Below are positions 1-8,547 of a DNA stretch of 43,010 nt, in pieces; position 1 is the stretch's first letter, and each line of letters opens with the position of its first letter. A program made the translations under genes and the position numbers. Where the stretch lies: the IMG/VR virus record IMGVR_UViG_3300045988_038152, positions 1 to 43,010 of that record. One strand, 5' to 3'. The notes beneath the pieces are model-generated. The model did no database searches, had not been told where the DNA came from, and saw nothing but the letters and a program-made list of their open reading frames with translations. The stretch is from a virus.

Positions 1-72
1 TAAATCTTCCTTTAGCGAATCAGTTTCTGCATTTACTTTCTTAAAATTGTCCCCTACCACTTTAGCATCTGC
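1..72. repeat. Terminal direct repeat, left copy (identical to 42939-43010)
   Basis: taaatcttcctttagcgaatcagtttctgcatttactttcttaaaattgtcccctaccactttagcatctgc occurs at both ends, compared base by base. Confidence 0.95.
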
Positions 73-189
73 AAATGCACCCTCAGTATCAAGTTCTTTG
101 TTCGCTACAGGCGTTTTGAGAACGTTTTCATAAGGCAACTGCCGTTTCTTCCCATCTGCCGTGATTATTCCCTTAAATGTATCAGCCAT
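1..189 (-). CDS. N-terminal 63 codons of the SGNH/GDSL-hydrolase fibre-like protein; continues across the circular junction into 41877-43010
   Basis: ATG at 189 overlaps the upstream stop (ATGGCTGA). Frame is open to base 1 and continues through the repeat: MADTFKGIITADGKKRQLPYENVLKTPVANKELDTEGAFADAKVVGDNFKK. Confidence 0.75.
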   Translation of the reverse strand, partial: MADTFKGIITADGKKRQLPYENVLKTPVANKELDTEGAFADAKVVGDNFKKVNAETDSLKEDL

Positions 190-436
190 TGTTATCACTC
201 TCCTTTGCTTTTAAACTCACATAGCCATCTGCATCCATGTCAAGCCCAACGCCTTTGTCAGACAGATATGTCTGCACTGCTTCCGCTATGGCTTCTTTAC
301 TGGTTCCAATGCCGTCTATACATAACTTATACAGATACTTTTCTTTTCTCGTGATCGGCTTCGGGGGTTCGCCCGTATAATCGCCTGTCAGATATGCGAG
401 GTACTTTTCTTCTCTTGTTACTGGTTTATCTGCCAT
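182..436 (-). CDS. 84-aa protein of unknown function with two TR(E/K)EKYL repeats (fibre-associated?)
   Basis: ATG 5 nt after portal stop; repeats VTREEKYLAYLTG / ITRKEKYLYKLCI; translationally coupled to the SGNH gene. Confidence 0.6.
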   Translation of the reverse strand: MADKPVTREEKYLAYLTGDYTGEPPKPITRKEKYLYKLCIDGIGTSKEAIAEAVQTYLSDKGVGLDMDADGYVSLKAKESDNNG

Positions 437-440
437 CTTT

Positions 441-1886
441 TTACTCCTCTCCGAATAATGTTGGTTCCTTTGGCTCGGCTTCTTTGACCATTGCTTTTGC
501 TTCTTCTTCAGTCATTCCCTCGAACTTCACGAAATACAACCATGCCGGAACCTTGCCAGTAGTCACATACTGCCACCATCTTGCACGGTCGTTTTCTCTG
601 ACATAGAGGATGTCTCCGAAATCATAATTGACTTCATAAGCCCCAACCGGTGCAAGTCCGTACAGATCAGCGTAGACATTCAACGCGTAAATAACTTCAT
701 CCAGACAGGATTCCAGTTTGTCTCGAACGTCTTTAATGAACTGCACTGTCCTCTGCTGTTCCGCTTCTACTCCTGTAGCCGTCTGAATGCCGCTAGATTC
801 GTTAAAAACAAAGTATCCGTTAGAGAATCCAATCTTGTACCCTAACTGGCTTAAAATGGCGTTTATGCCGCTTATACGGGTATCTGTGTTGAGAATCGGA
901 TTGATTTCCTGATAGAACTCTTTCTCGTCCTGTCCGAATACATTTTTCACATAATCCGGCAAGCTCATTTCTTTGCATCTGTGCTCCATTGCCTGTGGTG
1001 TCATAGCGGAGACAGGTGAACCACTCGGCATCAACAATCTGTCATCTACCAGAACAGTTCGCTTAGAATCAAGAATTTCTTTTGCGTTCCTGCTATATGC
1101 AATGTCGAGATCTTTCAATTCTTCGATGGCTTCGGCAAATATTGGAAGTCCAAGTGGTGTACTGATATCTACATTGTTCGCCTGCGGTGTCCGCAACGCT
1201 CCGTACAGAGGTCCGTCCAGCTTCTCACCGTTTGCCTTGAGAATTGGCGGTGTATCTGCCATAAGGTCAGCCCACTTGGTCTGTTTAAGGTCAATTCTGT
1301 CACCGATTGACTGAGGGGATTTTGATACATAAGCTCTATTTGAAACATAGTACGGATAAGTTGTCATACCATCTATTGTAGTCTCAGCAAAACGATGATA
1401 TTCAAGCCGTGTGTAGTATTTCCGTCCAACAGTATAAGAATCCTTGAATATAATCCCCTTAATCTCCTGATTGTCGTAATCCACAATTATCACATCTGCC
1501 GGAGTAAATACATCAAGGCTCTCGCCGTTCGGCTTAATGAATACCGTTCCATAAGCACAGCCATATTCCACCCAGTGGCGAATCTGGAAATATACCTTGT
1601 CAATCTGTTCCTGAAGCCATGTAGCTCTTGCGGAACCGTCTACCTGAATGCCAATCGCCAATGTTGCGAGCCGAGCTGTCTCTGAGCAGACAGATTTAGC
1701 AAAATTGATCGTCTTGATGTTATTCTTGTCATCTAACCATTCCGGTACTCCCCTGTAAATGTTCGCGCACCGGTTAATCAGTGATTCCATTTCTGGAAAT
1801 TCTGCTGCTTGGATATTAAAATCCTCTTCGGCTTGTTTTTTGAAAATCATGTTAAACCACCTTTTTAGTGTTGTTATAAGTCCCAT
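441..1886 (-). CDS. Portal protein (SPP1 gp6-like by size and position)
   Basis: 481 aa; start overlaps terminase stop (TAATG); directly downstream of TerL. Confidence 0.75.
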   Translation of the reverse strand: MGLITTLKRWFNMIFKKQAEEDFNIQAAEFPEMESLINRCANIYRGVPEWLDDKNNIKTINFAKSVCSETARLATLAIGIQVDGSARATWLQEQIDKVYFQIRHWVEYGCAYGTVFIKPNGESLDVFTPADVIIVDYDNQEIKGIIFKDSYTVGRKYYTRLEYHRFAETTIDGMTTYPYYVSNRAYVSKSPQSIGDRIDLKQTKWADLMADTPPILKANGEKLDGPLYGALRTPQANNVDISTPLGLPIFAEAIEELKDLDIAYSRNAKEILDSKRTVLVDDRLLMPSGSPVSAMTPQAMEHRCKEMSLPDYVKNVFGQDEKEFYQEINPILNTDTRISGINAILSQLGYKIGFSNGYFVFNESSGIQTATGVEAEQQRTVQFIKDVRDKLESCLDEVIYALNVYADLYGLAPVGAYEVNYDFGDILYVRENDRARWWQYVTTGKVPAWLYFVKFEGMTEEEAKAMVKEAEPKEPTLFGEE

Positions 1887-3502
1887 TATGCATTGTTACT
1901 CCTTCTTCTCCACAATGATTCTGTTGCGTATCTGCAAGCATCGACTAAATGATTGTTTTCATCAGGATATCCGCTTATAACGTTTCCATCTTTATCTCTT
2001 TCATATTCGTACTCTGAAAACTCTTTATAAGCGTTAGGCGTTCTTTTAGGGTCAATAACAATAGTTCTTGTTTGAAGCCATTTCATGGAGTATTCTACAC
2101 TTCCAGGTCCTTTTATTGCGCCCCTTGCCGGAAGTCCAAAGTCTCTATAATCATTGATTGATTTAGGTTCAGCAGAATCACAAGTAATAGTATAATCATC
2201 ATATTTTCTTTTTAAAATCTCGTCTGCTGATTTCCTATTGCTCCATTTATTTTCGTAAATTTCATCAATGAGATATATCTTTTCAGTGTTATGATTGTAA
2301 TACAAACGAATAAAAGCATACGGATCAGGGAAAAATCCCCAGTCACACCCCTGAAATATTTTGTCCATGTGGCTGATTTCTTCATCTGTAATATCTCTAA
2401 TCTCCAGATATTCAAATACGTTTCCGCCGTTTCCGTTCGCAATTCCCATGTACTCATGTTCATAAGCGTTTGGATTGACTTCTTTCAGATGTTCCGCTTC
2501 GTCAATAAATGGCTGCCCCAGCCATCCTTTTGGCACGTCCAAGTAAGTTGATGAATGAACTATTCTGTTCTCTTTTGGCTCGATAACGTACTTATTAGCC
2601 CAGTTATTCATTGTTTTTGGTGGATTGAAACTCTTAAATATCCATGCAAGGTCGCCGCCACGAATCGCAGATTGCTCAATCTTACGAATTTCCTCAGGTC
2701 CCGCGAATTGGTCCAACTCCTCAAACCAGAGAATGCCAATATATCCGAACTCAGGGTTAATGGATTTAATCTTGTCAGGGTCATCAGCACCACGGAAGTA
2801 TATCTTTTGCCCGGTTGCTTTTAATGTAATCTCCATAGGAGAAAGTTTAGAATCGAATTCTTCTGTAAATTCCTGTTTTCCAATAGCCCATTTGATTTTG
2901 TTATACACAGAATCTTTAATGGTATTCCCGACTTTACGACAGACAACTGCATGAATATCATGGTTGTTCTTCATCAACTCTACTATAGTCATTCCAACAG
3001 TGGTTGATTTCGTGGAGCCACGTCCGCCCTTAAATACATACTCCAGATGTTCCTTATCTCGAATATCTCTAATAGCCTGGTGAAAACAATCAGGAATGTT
3101 ATACAGATCCATGTGATACGGTTTCGCATTTCTAGCAGCTTCCTCTGCCGCTTTCTTTTCTTCCTGCTCTTGCTTAATTTTTAATGTCTTTTCCAGATCA
3201 TTCATAGATTTCAGCTGATCGGAGAAGTCTGGGGCAAATCCGAATGAATCAGTCAGCTCACCCCTTGCGATCATGGATCGGCGTTGCTGAATTTCTGCCA
3301 GTGACATAATGTCAGTGCCTTTTTGCTTTTCGATGAGAGACTGTTTTTCGGCTATATATGCAGAAATATGAGGTTTCTTTAAGTTCTCGCATCCTTGTTC
3401 CGGGGCTTTTTTATACCCAGCTTTTCTTGCGGCGTCAGATGCATTCCCGCCATTCTTTATATATTCATCTGCAAACGCTTTCTGCTTAGGCGTTAAGTCC
3501 AT
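1886..3502 (-). CDS. terL: Terminase: N-terminal small-subunit-like HTH domain fused to a PBSX/XtmB-type large subunit
   Basis: 538 aa. N-terminus MDLTPKQKAFADEYIKNGGNASDAARKAGY resembles Terminase_2 small subunits; charged linker; Walker A-like KGGRGSTKST; nuclease-end motifs HLVDACRYA. Confidence 0.8.
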   Translation of the reverse strand: MDLTPKQKAFADEYIKNGGNASDAARKAGYKKAPEQGCENLKKPHISAYIAEKQSLIEKQKGTDIMSLAEIQQRRSMIARGELTDSFGFAPDFSDQLKSMNDLEKTLKIKQEQEEKKAAEEAARNAKPYHMDLYNIPDCFHQAIRDIRDKEHLEYVFKGGRGSTKSTTVGMTIVELMKNNHDIHAVVCRKVGNTIKDSVYNKIKWAIGKQEFTEEFDSKLSPMEITLKATGQKIYFRGADDPDKIKSINPEFGYIGILWFEELDQFAGPEEIRKIEQSAIRGGDLAWIFKSFNPPKTMNNWANKYVIEPKENRIVHSSTYLDVPKGWLGQPFIDEAEHLKEVNPNAYEHEYMGIANGNGGNVFEYLEIRDITDEEISHMDKIFQGCDWGFFPDPYAFIRLYYNHNTEKIYLIDEIYENKWSNRKSADEILKRKYDDYTITCDSAEPKSINDYRDFGLPARGAIKGPGSVEYSMKWLQTRTIVIDPKRTPNAYKEFSEYEYERDKDGNVISGYPDENNHLVDACRYATESLWRRRSNNA

Positions 3503-3522
3503 CTAATCACCTCTGTCTATCC

Positions 3523-3780
3523 TCATTTTCTGACCGCCTCCCATATTTCTTTTAGGCACATTACTACATCGTACTGGGATGCAGTTCGTAATATTTCATA
3601 ATCGCAATCTTTCCATTCGCCTCTTTTTGTGAGGTGAAGTGTGGGTGTTGATATAATTGTTACTGTTATCAATCGTTCTTGCTCATAACTGTAGAATTGT
3701 GATGTTCCGATTTTTATAATTAATCCGGTGGATAATATAGCTTTTTGGAGTTTTCTTGTAACTGCTTTTAAGTTCGCCAT
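3523..3780 (-). CDS. Hypothetical protein (85 aa) immediately upstream of terminase
   Basis: ORF with RBS gaggtgatgatATG; no recognisable motif. Confidence 0.5.
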   Translation of the reverse strand: MANLKAVTRKLQKAILSTGLIIKIGTSQFYSYEQERLITVTIISTPTLHLTKRGEWKDCDYEILRTASQYDVVMCLKEIWEAVRK

Positions 3781-3795
3781 ATCATCACCTCAATT

Positions 3796-3848
3796 CAAAA
3801 AAGTCCCCAGTATAGCAGTTATATACAAATATAATACCACACTGGGGA
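3796..3848 (-). terminator. Intrinsic terminator-like compound hairpin upstream of the packaging operon
   Basis: Outer stem 3804-3811 pairs with 3841-3848 (TCCCCAGT/ACTGGGGA); inner stem 3819-3824 pairs with 3829-3834; followed on the minus strand by TTTTTT. Confidence 0.55.
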
Positions 3849-3888
3849 GATTTAGCTCTCTACCACTTTTATAAATTTTTAAGTTTTT

Positions 3889-4185
3889 TTAAAGTCTGCC
3901 AATCAGCTTGGCTAGATGATAATATTCCGCCATGACCTTGCGCTTATAGCCATAGAAGTCATTTTCTGTTGCAGGAACTGTCCTGATCTTCTCCATTGTT
4001 CGATAGCCGATACTATTCACGATACTGTCATAGATTTGCGATTCGATGCCAGGTGCGTATTTGATAGATACCTGCAACAGATTGTATTTGTCGCTCTCAC
4101 TAAGATTCCGCAAGTGGCTTTGTAATGTCGGTATATCATCCGGCGGCACTCCGTAATCAGTTAGTGTTGCCTTTCTCAGCTTCAT
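3889..4185 (-). CDS. Small HTH-type regulator candidate, paralog 1 (putative late-gene regulator)
   Basis: 98 aa; shares L.DYG.P..DI..L ... DFYGY(K/R)RK pattern with ORF 6129-6452; last gene before terminator and packaging genes. Confidence 0.55.
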   Translation of the reverse strand: MKLRKATLTDYGVPPDDIPTLQSHLRNLSESDKYNLLQVSIKYAPGIESQIYDSIVNSIGYRTMEKIRTVPATENDFYGYKRKVMAEYYHLAKLIGRL

Positions 4186-4468
4186 TTATTTCACCTTCTT
4201 CACCCCAATCTAATTTCTGCCCGCACTTGTTACAATAAAAATCTGATTTATAAAGTCCCTCGCTGTTACAAACTGGGCAATTGCCTTTTGTCGTATAATA
4301 TCTGCCAGAAAAGTCAAAATTCAGAAAACGTTCAACCAACGGAATCTCTTTCTTTCCAATCCATTTAATCCATGCTCCACAATCTCCGCAGTACAATCCA
4401 GTGTTATTTCCGGATTTTCTGATAAAAAGATCTGTGCTGTTGCATTTCGGGCAACTATATTCTTTCAT
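4157..4468 (-). CDS. Zinc-ribbon protein (two CxxC...CxxC pairs)
   Basis: 103 aa; CPKC...CGDC and CPVC...CNKC. Confidence 0.55.
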   Translation of the reverse strand: MKEYSCPKCNSTDLFIRKSGNNTGLYCGDCGAWIKWIGKKEIPLVERFLNFDFSGRYYTTKGNCPVCNSEGLYKSDFYCNKCGQKLDWGEEGEINEAEKGNTN

Positions 4469-4920
4469 TTCTTCATCTCCTCCAACTTCTTCTCAGCTTC
4501 TTCACGGGTGAGAAACCATGTTTTTCCGTATTCTACGTCAACACAAATAACGTTTGGGGCATAAATACTGTCTTTATCGCACTGTACAAACCAACCACTT
4601 TGTGAAAATACAATGCTGTAAGCTTTTTGATGATACACTCTGTTATTTGCTTTATATCCATTCAGGACATTTAAATTATAATTTGCTTTGCTCGGAATCT
4701 TATAAATATCATCGCCAATTTTAACCGGCAATCTCACAAGCAAGCCCTGTTCTTCTAAGTCTTCGTAATCTGCAAGTTTTTCAATGGCTTTCTCTAATTC
4801 ACATTTGCTACAATTACATTCAATATCGTCACAAATATCTTTGCAAAGTTTATCCCCACATTCCCTGATTAAAACTATGTTCGCAATAGAATCTTTGTAT
4901 CTTTCTGTTAATCTCTCCAT
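4465..4920 (-). CDS. Hypothetical phage protein (151 aa, Cys-rich N-terminus)
   Basis: ORF with ATGA overlap to the next gene; no assignable function. Confidence 0.5.
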   Translation of the reverse strand: MERLTERYKDSIANIVLIRECGDKLCKDICDDIECNCSKCELEKAIEKLADYEDLEEQGLLVRLPVKIGDDIYKIPSKANYNLNVLNGYKANNRVYHQKAYSIVFSQSGWFVQCDKDSIYAPNVICVDVEYGKTWFLTREEAEKKLEEMKK

Positions 4921-5286
4921 CTACTTCACCTCTTCCATCTGGCTTTCTAAAGTATTTGTAAGTAATAACATTGATTCAATAACTTTATCTGTTAATGACA
5001 TTCTGTCTTTGTTATCCGCAAAATACTTAACGTGGGATATTGCTTCCTCGATTTTTTCTTCACATGCAACTATTTCATGCGCATCATACAATTTTTTATC
5101 GCCACTGTTATAAGTTGCTATTCTTTCATCATAAAAATTCAACATGTTTGGAAGTGGAATATCGATTACGTTTAAATGATTCGCTCCTGCCCACTTAAAG
5201 CCCTGTAATCTTGCTATTTTTAAAATTTTAGAATACTCTTCCTGTGTCTTTATGAACACGCTTTTTCCTGTTAAATCAATCATCAT
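4921..5286 (-). CDS. Hypothetical protein (121 aa)
   Basis: Tightly packed ORF in the early/middle operon. Confidence 0.5.
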   Translation of the reverse strand: MMIDLTGKSVFIKTQEEYSKILKIARLQGFKWAGANHLNVIDIPLPNMLNFYDERIATYNSGDKKLYDAHEIVACEEKIEEAISHVKYFADNKDRMSLTDKVIESMLLLTNTLESQMEEVK

Positions 5287-5289
5287 AAT

Positions 5290-5655
5290 TTACTCCTGTA
5301 ATAATTCTGGATTGTCGAAAATGTTGCCAACTACTTCAAAATGTTCCAGATCAAACTTATCAAGGTATTCTCTATCTGTGCTATTAGCTTCATGTGTTAC
5401 CCATCCCGCAACTCCCCATTCAACGGTTTCATATGTTGTGTCTTCCTGGTATGATTCGTCCAGATGTGCCATCAAAATATCATTTTCCCAAATCTTCTTC
5501 CCGTTCTTGTCTTTCAAGCCTGTACATTGGCAGATGGTGAATGGGTTCACTTCAAATCCTTGCAAGGAACCGTCTCCCATATGTTGATTGAATATAGTAG
5601 TTGCGTCAGTGTCATGAGATAAAACGGCTCCTTTCACCCATTCACCCGTTATCAA
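5290..5655 (-). CDS. YopX-family protein
   Basis: CTGLKDKNGKKIWENDIL ... VVGNIFDNPELL, typical of YopX. Confidence 0.7.
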   Translation of the reverse strand: MITGEWVKGAVLSHDTDATTIFNQHMGDGSLQGFEVNPFTICQCTGLKDKNGKKIWENDILMAHLDESYQEDTTYETVEWGVAGWVTHEANSTDREYLDKFDLEHFEVVGNIFDNPELLQE

Positions 5656-5682
5656 TCCGCTTTGCCTTGAAAAGAATTTCTC

Positions 5683-5979
5683 TCATTCAACTCCACCACC
5701 TTTTATAATTTCGATTGCGCAGTCTAATGCAAGCTTATCTGCCTTATCTCCACAGGAACAAGTACAGGAATATCTGCAATATCCACATTTTTGATCTGTG
5801 CAAGCTGCATATTTCTTATCTTTTACGTCTTTGATTTGTCTTACAACTTCATCTACATCAAAAGCTGTCGGCTGATTATTAACGCAATCAATAAACTCCT
5901 TCTGATCAGAGCTAATACTTGTTCCAATTTCCCAAATTTTGATGTATTTAATTAATTCGTCTGCATCTATTAACCGCAT
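5683..5979 (-). CDS. Hypothetical protein (98 aa, Cys-rich C-terminal half)
   Basis: MRLIDADELIKYI N-terminus common in Firmicutes phage early genes. Confidence 0.5.
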   Translation of the reverse strand: MRLIDADELIKYIKIWEIGTSISSDQKEFIDCVNNQPTAFDVDEVVRQIKDVKDKKYAACTDQKCGYCRYSCTCSCGDKADKLALDCAIEIIKGGGVE

Positions 5980-5995
5980 TTCTCATTTCTCCTTT

Positions 5996-6136
5996 TCAAT
6001 CGTTCATGAAATTGTAAAGACACAACGCGCATGCTATGACATTAATCACCAGAATATCTAGGTTCTGATTGATCATATTCACAACAATACATACAGCGTT
6101 TATAATGCCTAAAGTTAATGAAAAATATTTACTCAT
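5996..6136 (-). CDS. Small membrane protein (46 aa from internal ATG)
   Basis: RBS gggaggataaaaacaATG; two hydrophobic segments. The longer track ORF start overlaps the upstream gene. Confidence 0.4.
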   Translation of the reverse strand: MSKYFSLTLGIINAVCIVVNMINQNLDILVINVIACALCLYNFMND

Positions 6137-6452
6137 TGTTTTTATCCTCCCACACTCCCAACAACCGCATTCTCTCATACAGTACAGCGACGGTCTTGCG
6201 CCTGTACCCGTAAAAGTCTTTCGGGTTCATCGGGATATATCTTTCTTTGCTGATCTTCCTGTAACTTTTCCGGTGCAAGATATTCTCGATAACCATATCC
6301 GCTATCACCGTATTTTTCGGGCAAGCTGACAAGGCGGCACTGGAAAGCAGGTATCCATACTTTGTCGGGAAGTCTTTCAGCATCGTATTCAGTTTTTCAA
6401 TGTCTTCAGCCGGAATACCGTAGTCTTTCAGCTTCTTATTCCTTGTCAGCAT
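6129..6452 (-). CDS. Small HTH-type regulator candidate, paralog 2
   Basis: Start MLTRNKKLKDYGIP with RBS aaaggagaacggtATG; paralogous to 3889-4185. Confidence 0.55.
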   Translation of the reverse strand: MLTRNKKLKDYGIPAEDIEKLNTMLKDFPTKYGYLLSSAALSACPKNTVIADMVIENILHRKSYRKISKERYIPMNPKDFYGYRRKTVAVLYERMRLLGVWEDKNNE

Positions 6453-6465
6453 ACCGTTCTCCTTT

Positions 6466-6567
6466 CTATTTGTCTGGATGATGCTTGTCGTACATGATCG
6501 CCACACATACAAGACCAACCACTCCGAATATGGTTCCAAGGGTGAACCCTAATAAGAATGTAATCAT
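6466..6567 (-). CDS. 33-aa single-TM peptide (not in ORF track)
   Basis: ATGA overlap with upstream ORF; MITFLLGFTLGTIFGVVGLVCVAIMYDKHHPDK. Confidence 0.3.
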   Translation of the reverse strand: MITFLLGFTLGTIFGVVGLVCVAIMYDKHHPDK

Positions 6568-6737
6568 GGCTCGTCCTCCTCGTGCACCGTGAAAGCAAAA
6601 TAACAATCAAGTTTCAGATCGTCATCGTAAGATATAGTGCATTCAAGCTCGTAACCCCCTGCTTCTGCACATTTTTGAATTAACGTGTTCAGGGCATCTC
6701 CAATTTCTTTGACGTCTTTATCGGTATATTCAATCAT
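6564..6737 (-). CDS. 57-aa acidic protein (not in ORF track)
   Basis: RBS aaggaggattaaacATG; MIEYTDKDVKEIGDALNTLIQKCAEAGGYELE... Confidence 0.5.
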   Translation of the reverse strand: MIEYTDKDVKEIGDALNTLIQKCAEAGGYELECTISYDDDLKLDCYFAFTVHEEDEP

Positions 6738-6739
6738 GT

Positions 6740-6985
6740 TTAATCCTCCTTATATGGTTCCGGAAATATTTTCTTGCAATTCGATTGTTTGTTCTTATAT
6801 TGTTCACTCATTGGAATCCATCTGCAATTAGATGGCTCATAGATACCGTTAACATCTATACGGTCAATCGTAAGGTTATCGGAATATCCATTAGTTAAAG
6901 CCCATTGTATAAGTTTCTCTGAATATATCTGGTTTACACGGATAAAATTCACCGTGAACACCACGGATGATATAATCATCGTCAA
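6740..6985 (-). pseudogene. Possible remnant of an HNH/AP2-type homing endonuclease (C-terminal DNA-binding part only)
   Basis: LTIDRIDVNGIYEPSNCRWIPMSEQ matches the conserved end of HNH_3/AP2 phage endonucleases. No catalytic part; N-terminal 95 nt overlap the upstream gene. Confidence 0.4.
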
Positions 6986-7223
6986 CTTCTGGCGGTACTT
7001 TTAGAAAATATTCTTCTGGAAGTGGAAGATTATGTTCCTCGCAACAATTTGCAATCTCATTTCTGTATGAAAGAATATGATTTCTAGTTAGGTTCATATT
7101 GCATCCGTCCGTCCAGAATGGATCATTACAGCTGTTTTCGTTAATATGATTCCAGATATCGCGTTCATGTAACAGCTTTTCTCTCAGCAGATCTAATTCC
7201 TGTTCCGGTGTTTTCTGCTTCAT
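6891..7223 (-). CDS. Hypothetical protein (110 aa)
   Basis: RBS aaaggagaataagaATG at 7223; ends [20 protein letters not shown]. Confidence 0.5.
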   Translation of the reverse strand: MKQKTPEQELDLLREKLLHERDIWNHINENSCNDPFWTDGCNMNLTRNHILSYRNEIANCCEEHNLPLPEEYFLKVPPEVDDDYIIRGVHGEFYPCKPDIFRETYTMGFN

Positions 7224-7284
7224 TCTTATTCTCCTTTTCCCCATGTAAGTAACTGACACGCTATTGTGCAGTTAGTACATGATT

Positions 7285-8175
7285 TTAATACTCAATAAAA
7301 TCAGATAATTCCATCTGACCAACTATATTATTGTCTTGCATCCACCATAGATAAACTTCTTCTCCACAACTCCACTTCACATCTTTTCCGCGCCGCTTGC
7401 GTTCCTCAATCATTCTGTCAAAAGCACGTATATAGGCTTGCTTGTACTTTGGAAAATCATACATTTCCTTTTCCCTCTGCTTCTTTGATGCAAGTGGACA
7501 GCCTAGACAGCCTAACCTGTTATATCCGCATTGATACAGTTCACATACTTGAATGTTTTTCTCGCCAATGAACTGCCAAATATTCCGATCTGTCCAATCA
7601 ATTATTGGATTGACTACCGTCTTTGCTTTCATCTGGCAATTTTCAAATAATCTTCTAGTATTATCATTGTCGGTGATAAGCATTTTTTCATCAGAAACAC
7701 CGATACTTTTGCTTGCTGTCTGTCCTAGTACTTCAAATGGGCTTCTATTACTTCTCTTACTGCTTTCAGACCATCTAACGCCTGTTGCAATCATCCTGTT
7801 GGGATTACCGCCCTCTTTAAGTTCTGAACAGCAATACCGAACGATTCTGGTCGGTGGCATTAGCTTTCTAGGAATAAGATTCCACATTGTAAGACGGTTT
7901 CCATTTTCCTGTACATGATAATCAATCTCACATTTAATGCCTTTATCTGCCAATTCAGAAAACGTATTCTTGATATGTCTTACTGTCTGCGGTGCATCAA
8001 CTGTGGTATGCGAATTATGTACCTCGAACGGGATTCCAGACATTTCGAACAATCTCAGAAGTACATCCGAATCCTTTCCTCCGGAATATTCGCATACAAG
8101 TGGCTTTCCATAATATTTCAACGAAAGATCGGACGCAAGTCGAATTCTCTCAATTGCTTTTTGTTCTAAATCCAT
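7285..8175 (-). CDS. PAPS-reductase-family PP-loop enzyme with C-terminal Cys cluster
   Basis: PP-loop CEYSGGKDSDVLL; C-terminal CELYQCGYNRLGCLGCPLA. Confidence 0.75.
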   Translation of the reverse strand: MDLEQKAIERIRLASDLSLKYYGKPLVCEYSGGKDSDVLLRLFEMSGIPFEVHNSHTTVDAPQTVRHIKNTFSELADKGIKCEIDYHVQENGNRLTMWNLIPRKLMPPTRIVRYCCSELKEGGNPNRMIATGVRWSESSKRSNRSPFEVLGQTASKSIGVSDEKMLITDNDNTRRLFENCQMKAKTVVNPIIDWTDRNIWQFIGEKNIQVCELYQCGYNRLGCLGCPLASKKQREKEMYDFPKYKQAYIRAFDRMIEERKRRGKDVKWSCGEEVYLWWMQDNNIVGQMELSDFIEY

Positions 8176-8176
8176 C

Positions 8177-8425
8177 CTATACTCCCATCTTCTTGACCAG
8201 ATTCTTATTCATCTCGTCAAATCTCACATCTGTGTTCTCTTCAATGTCCTGTATCATGCTGAGGACGCTCATTTCGCCCCTGTTTGCCATTTTGACGTAT
8301 TCGTTGGCAGTCTGCATGACTGTGAGCAAACGCTTCGTAGAAAAGCCATATAAACGTCTCAGAGCCATCATCGTTGTAACGACTCGTATCACTTCAATCT
8401 TCTCCATCATTAAATCCATTCTCAT
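8177..8425 (-). CDS. Hypothetical protein (82 aa)
   Basis: ORF ending 1 nt before the PAPS-reductase start. Confidence 0.45.
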   Translation of the reverse strand: MRMDLMMEKIEVIRVVTTMMALRRLYGFSTKRLLTVMQTANEYVKMANRGEMSVLSMIQDIEENTDVRFDEMNKNLVKKMGV

Positions 8426-8547
8426 AAGCTTCCTTCTCCATACTTTTGATCTGGCTCTGACAGTTTACCATTGCTCGTCCAAACGCCTGAGCTGCCTGAT
8501 TGGGCTGAGCCAAAGGGAATCTCTGCTTTCGTGGTTTTACTTTGAGC

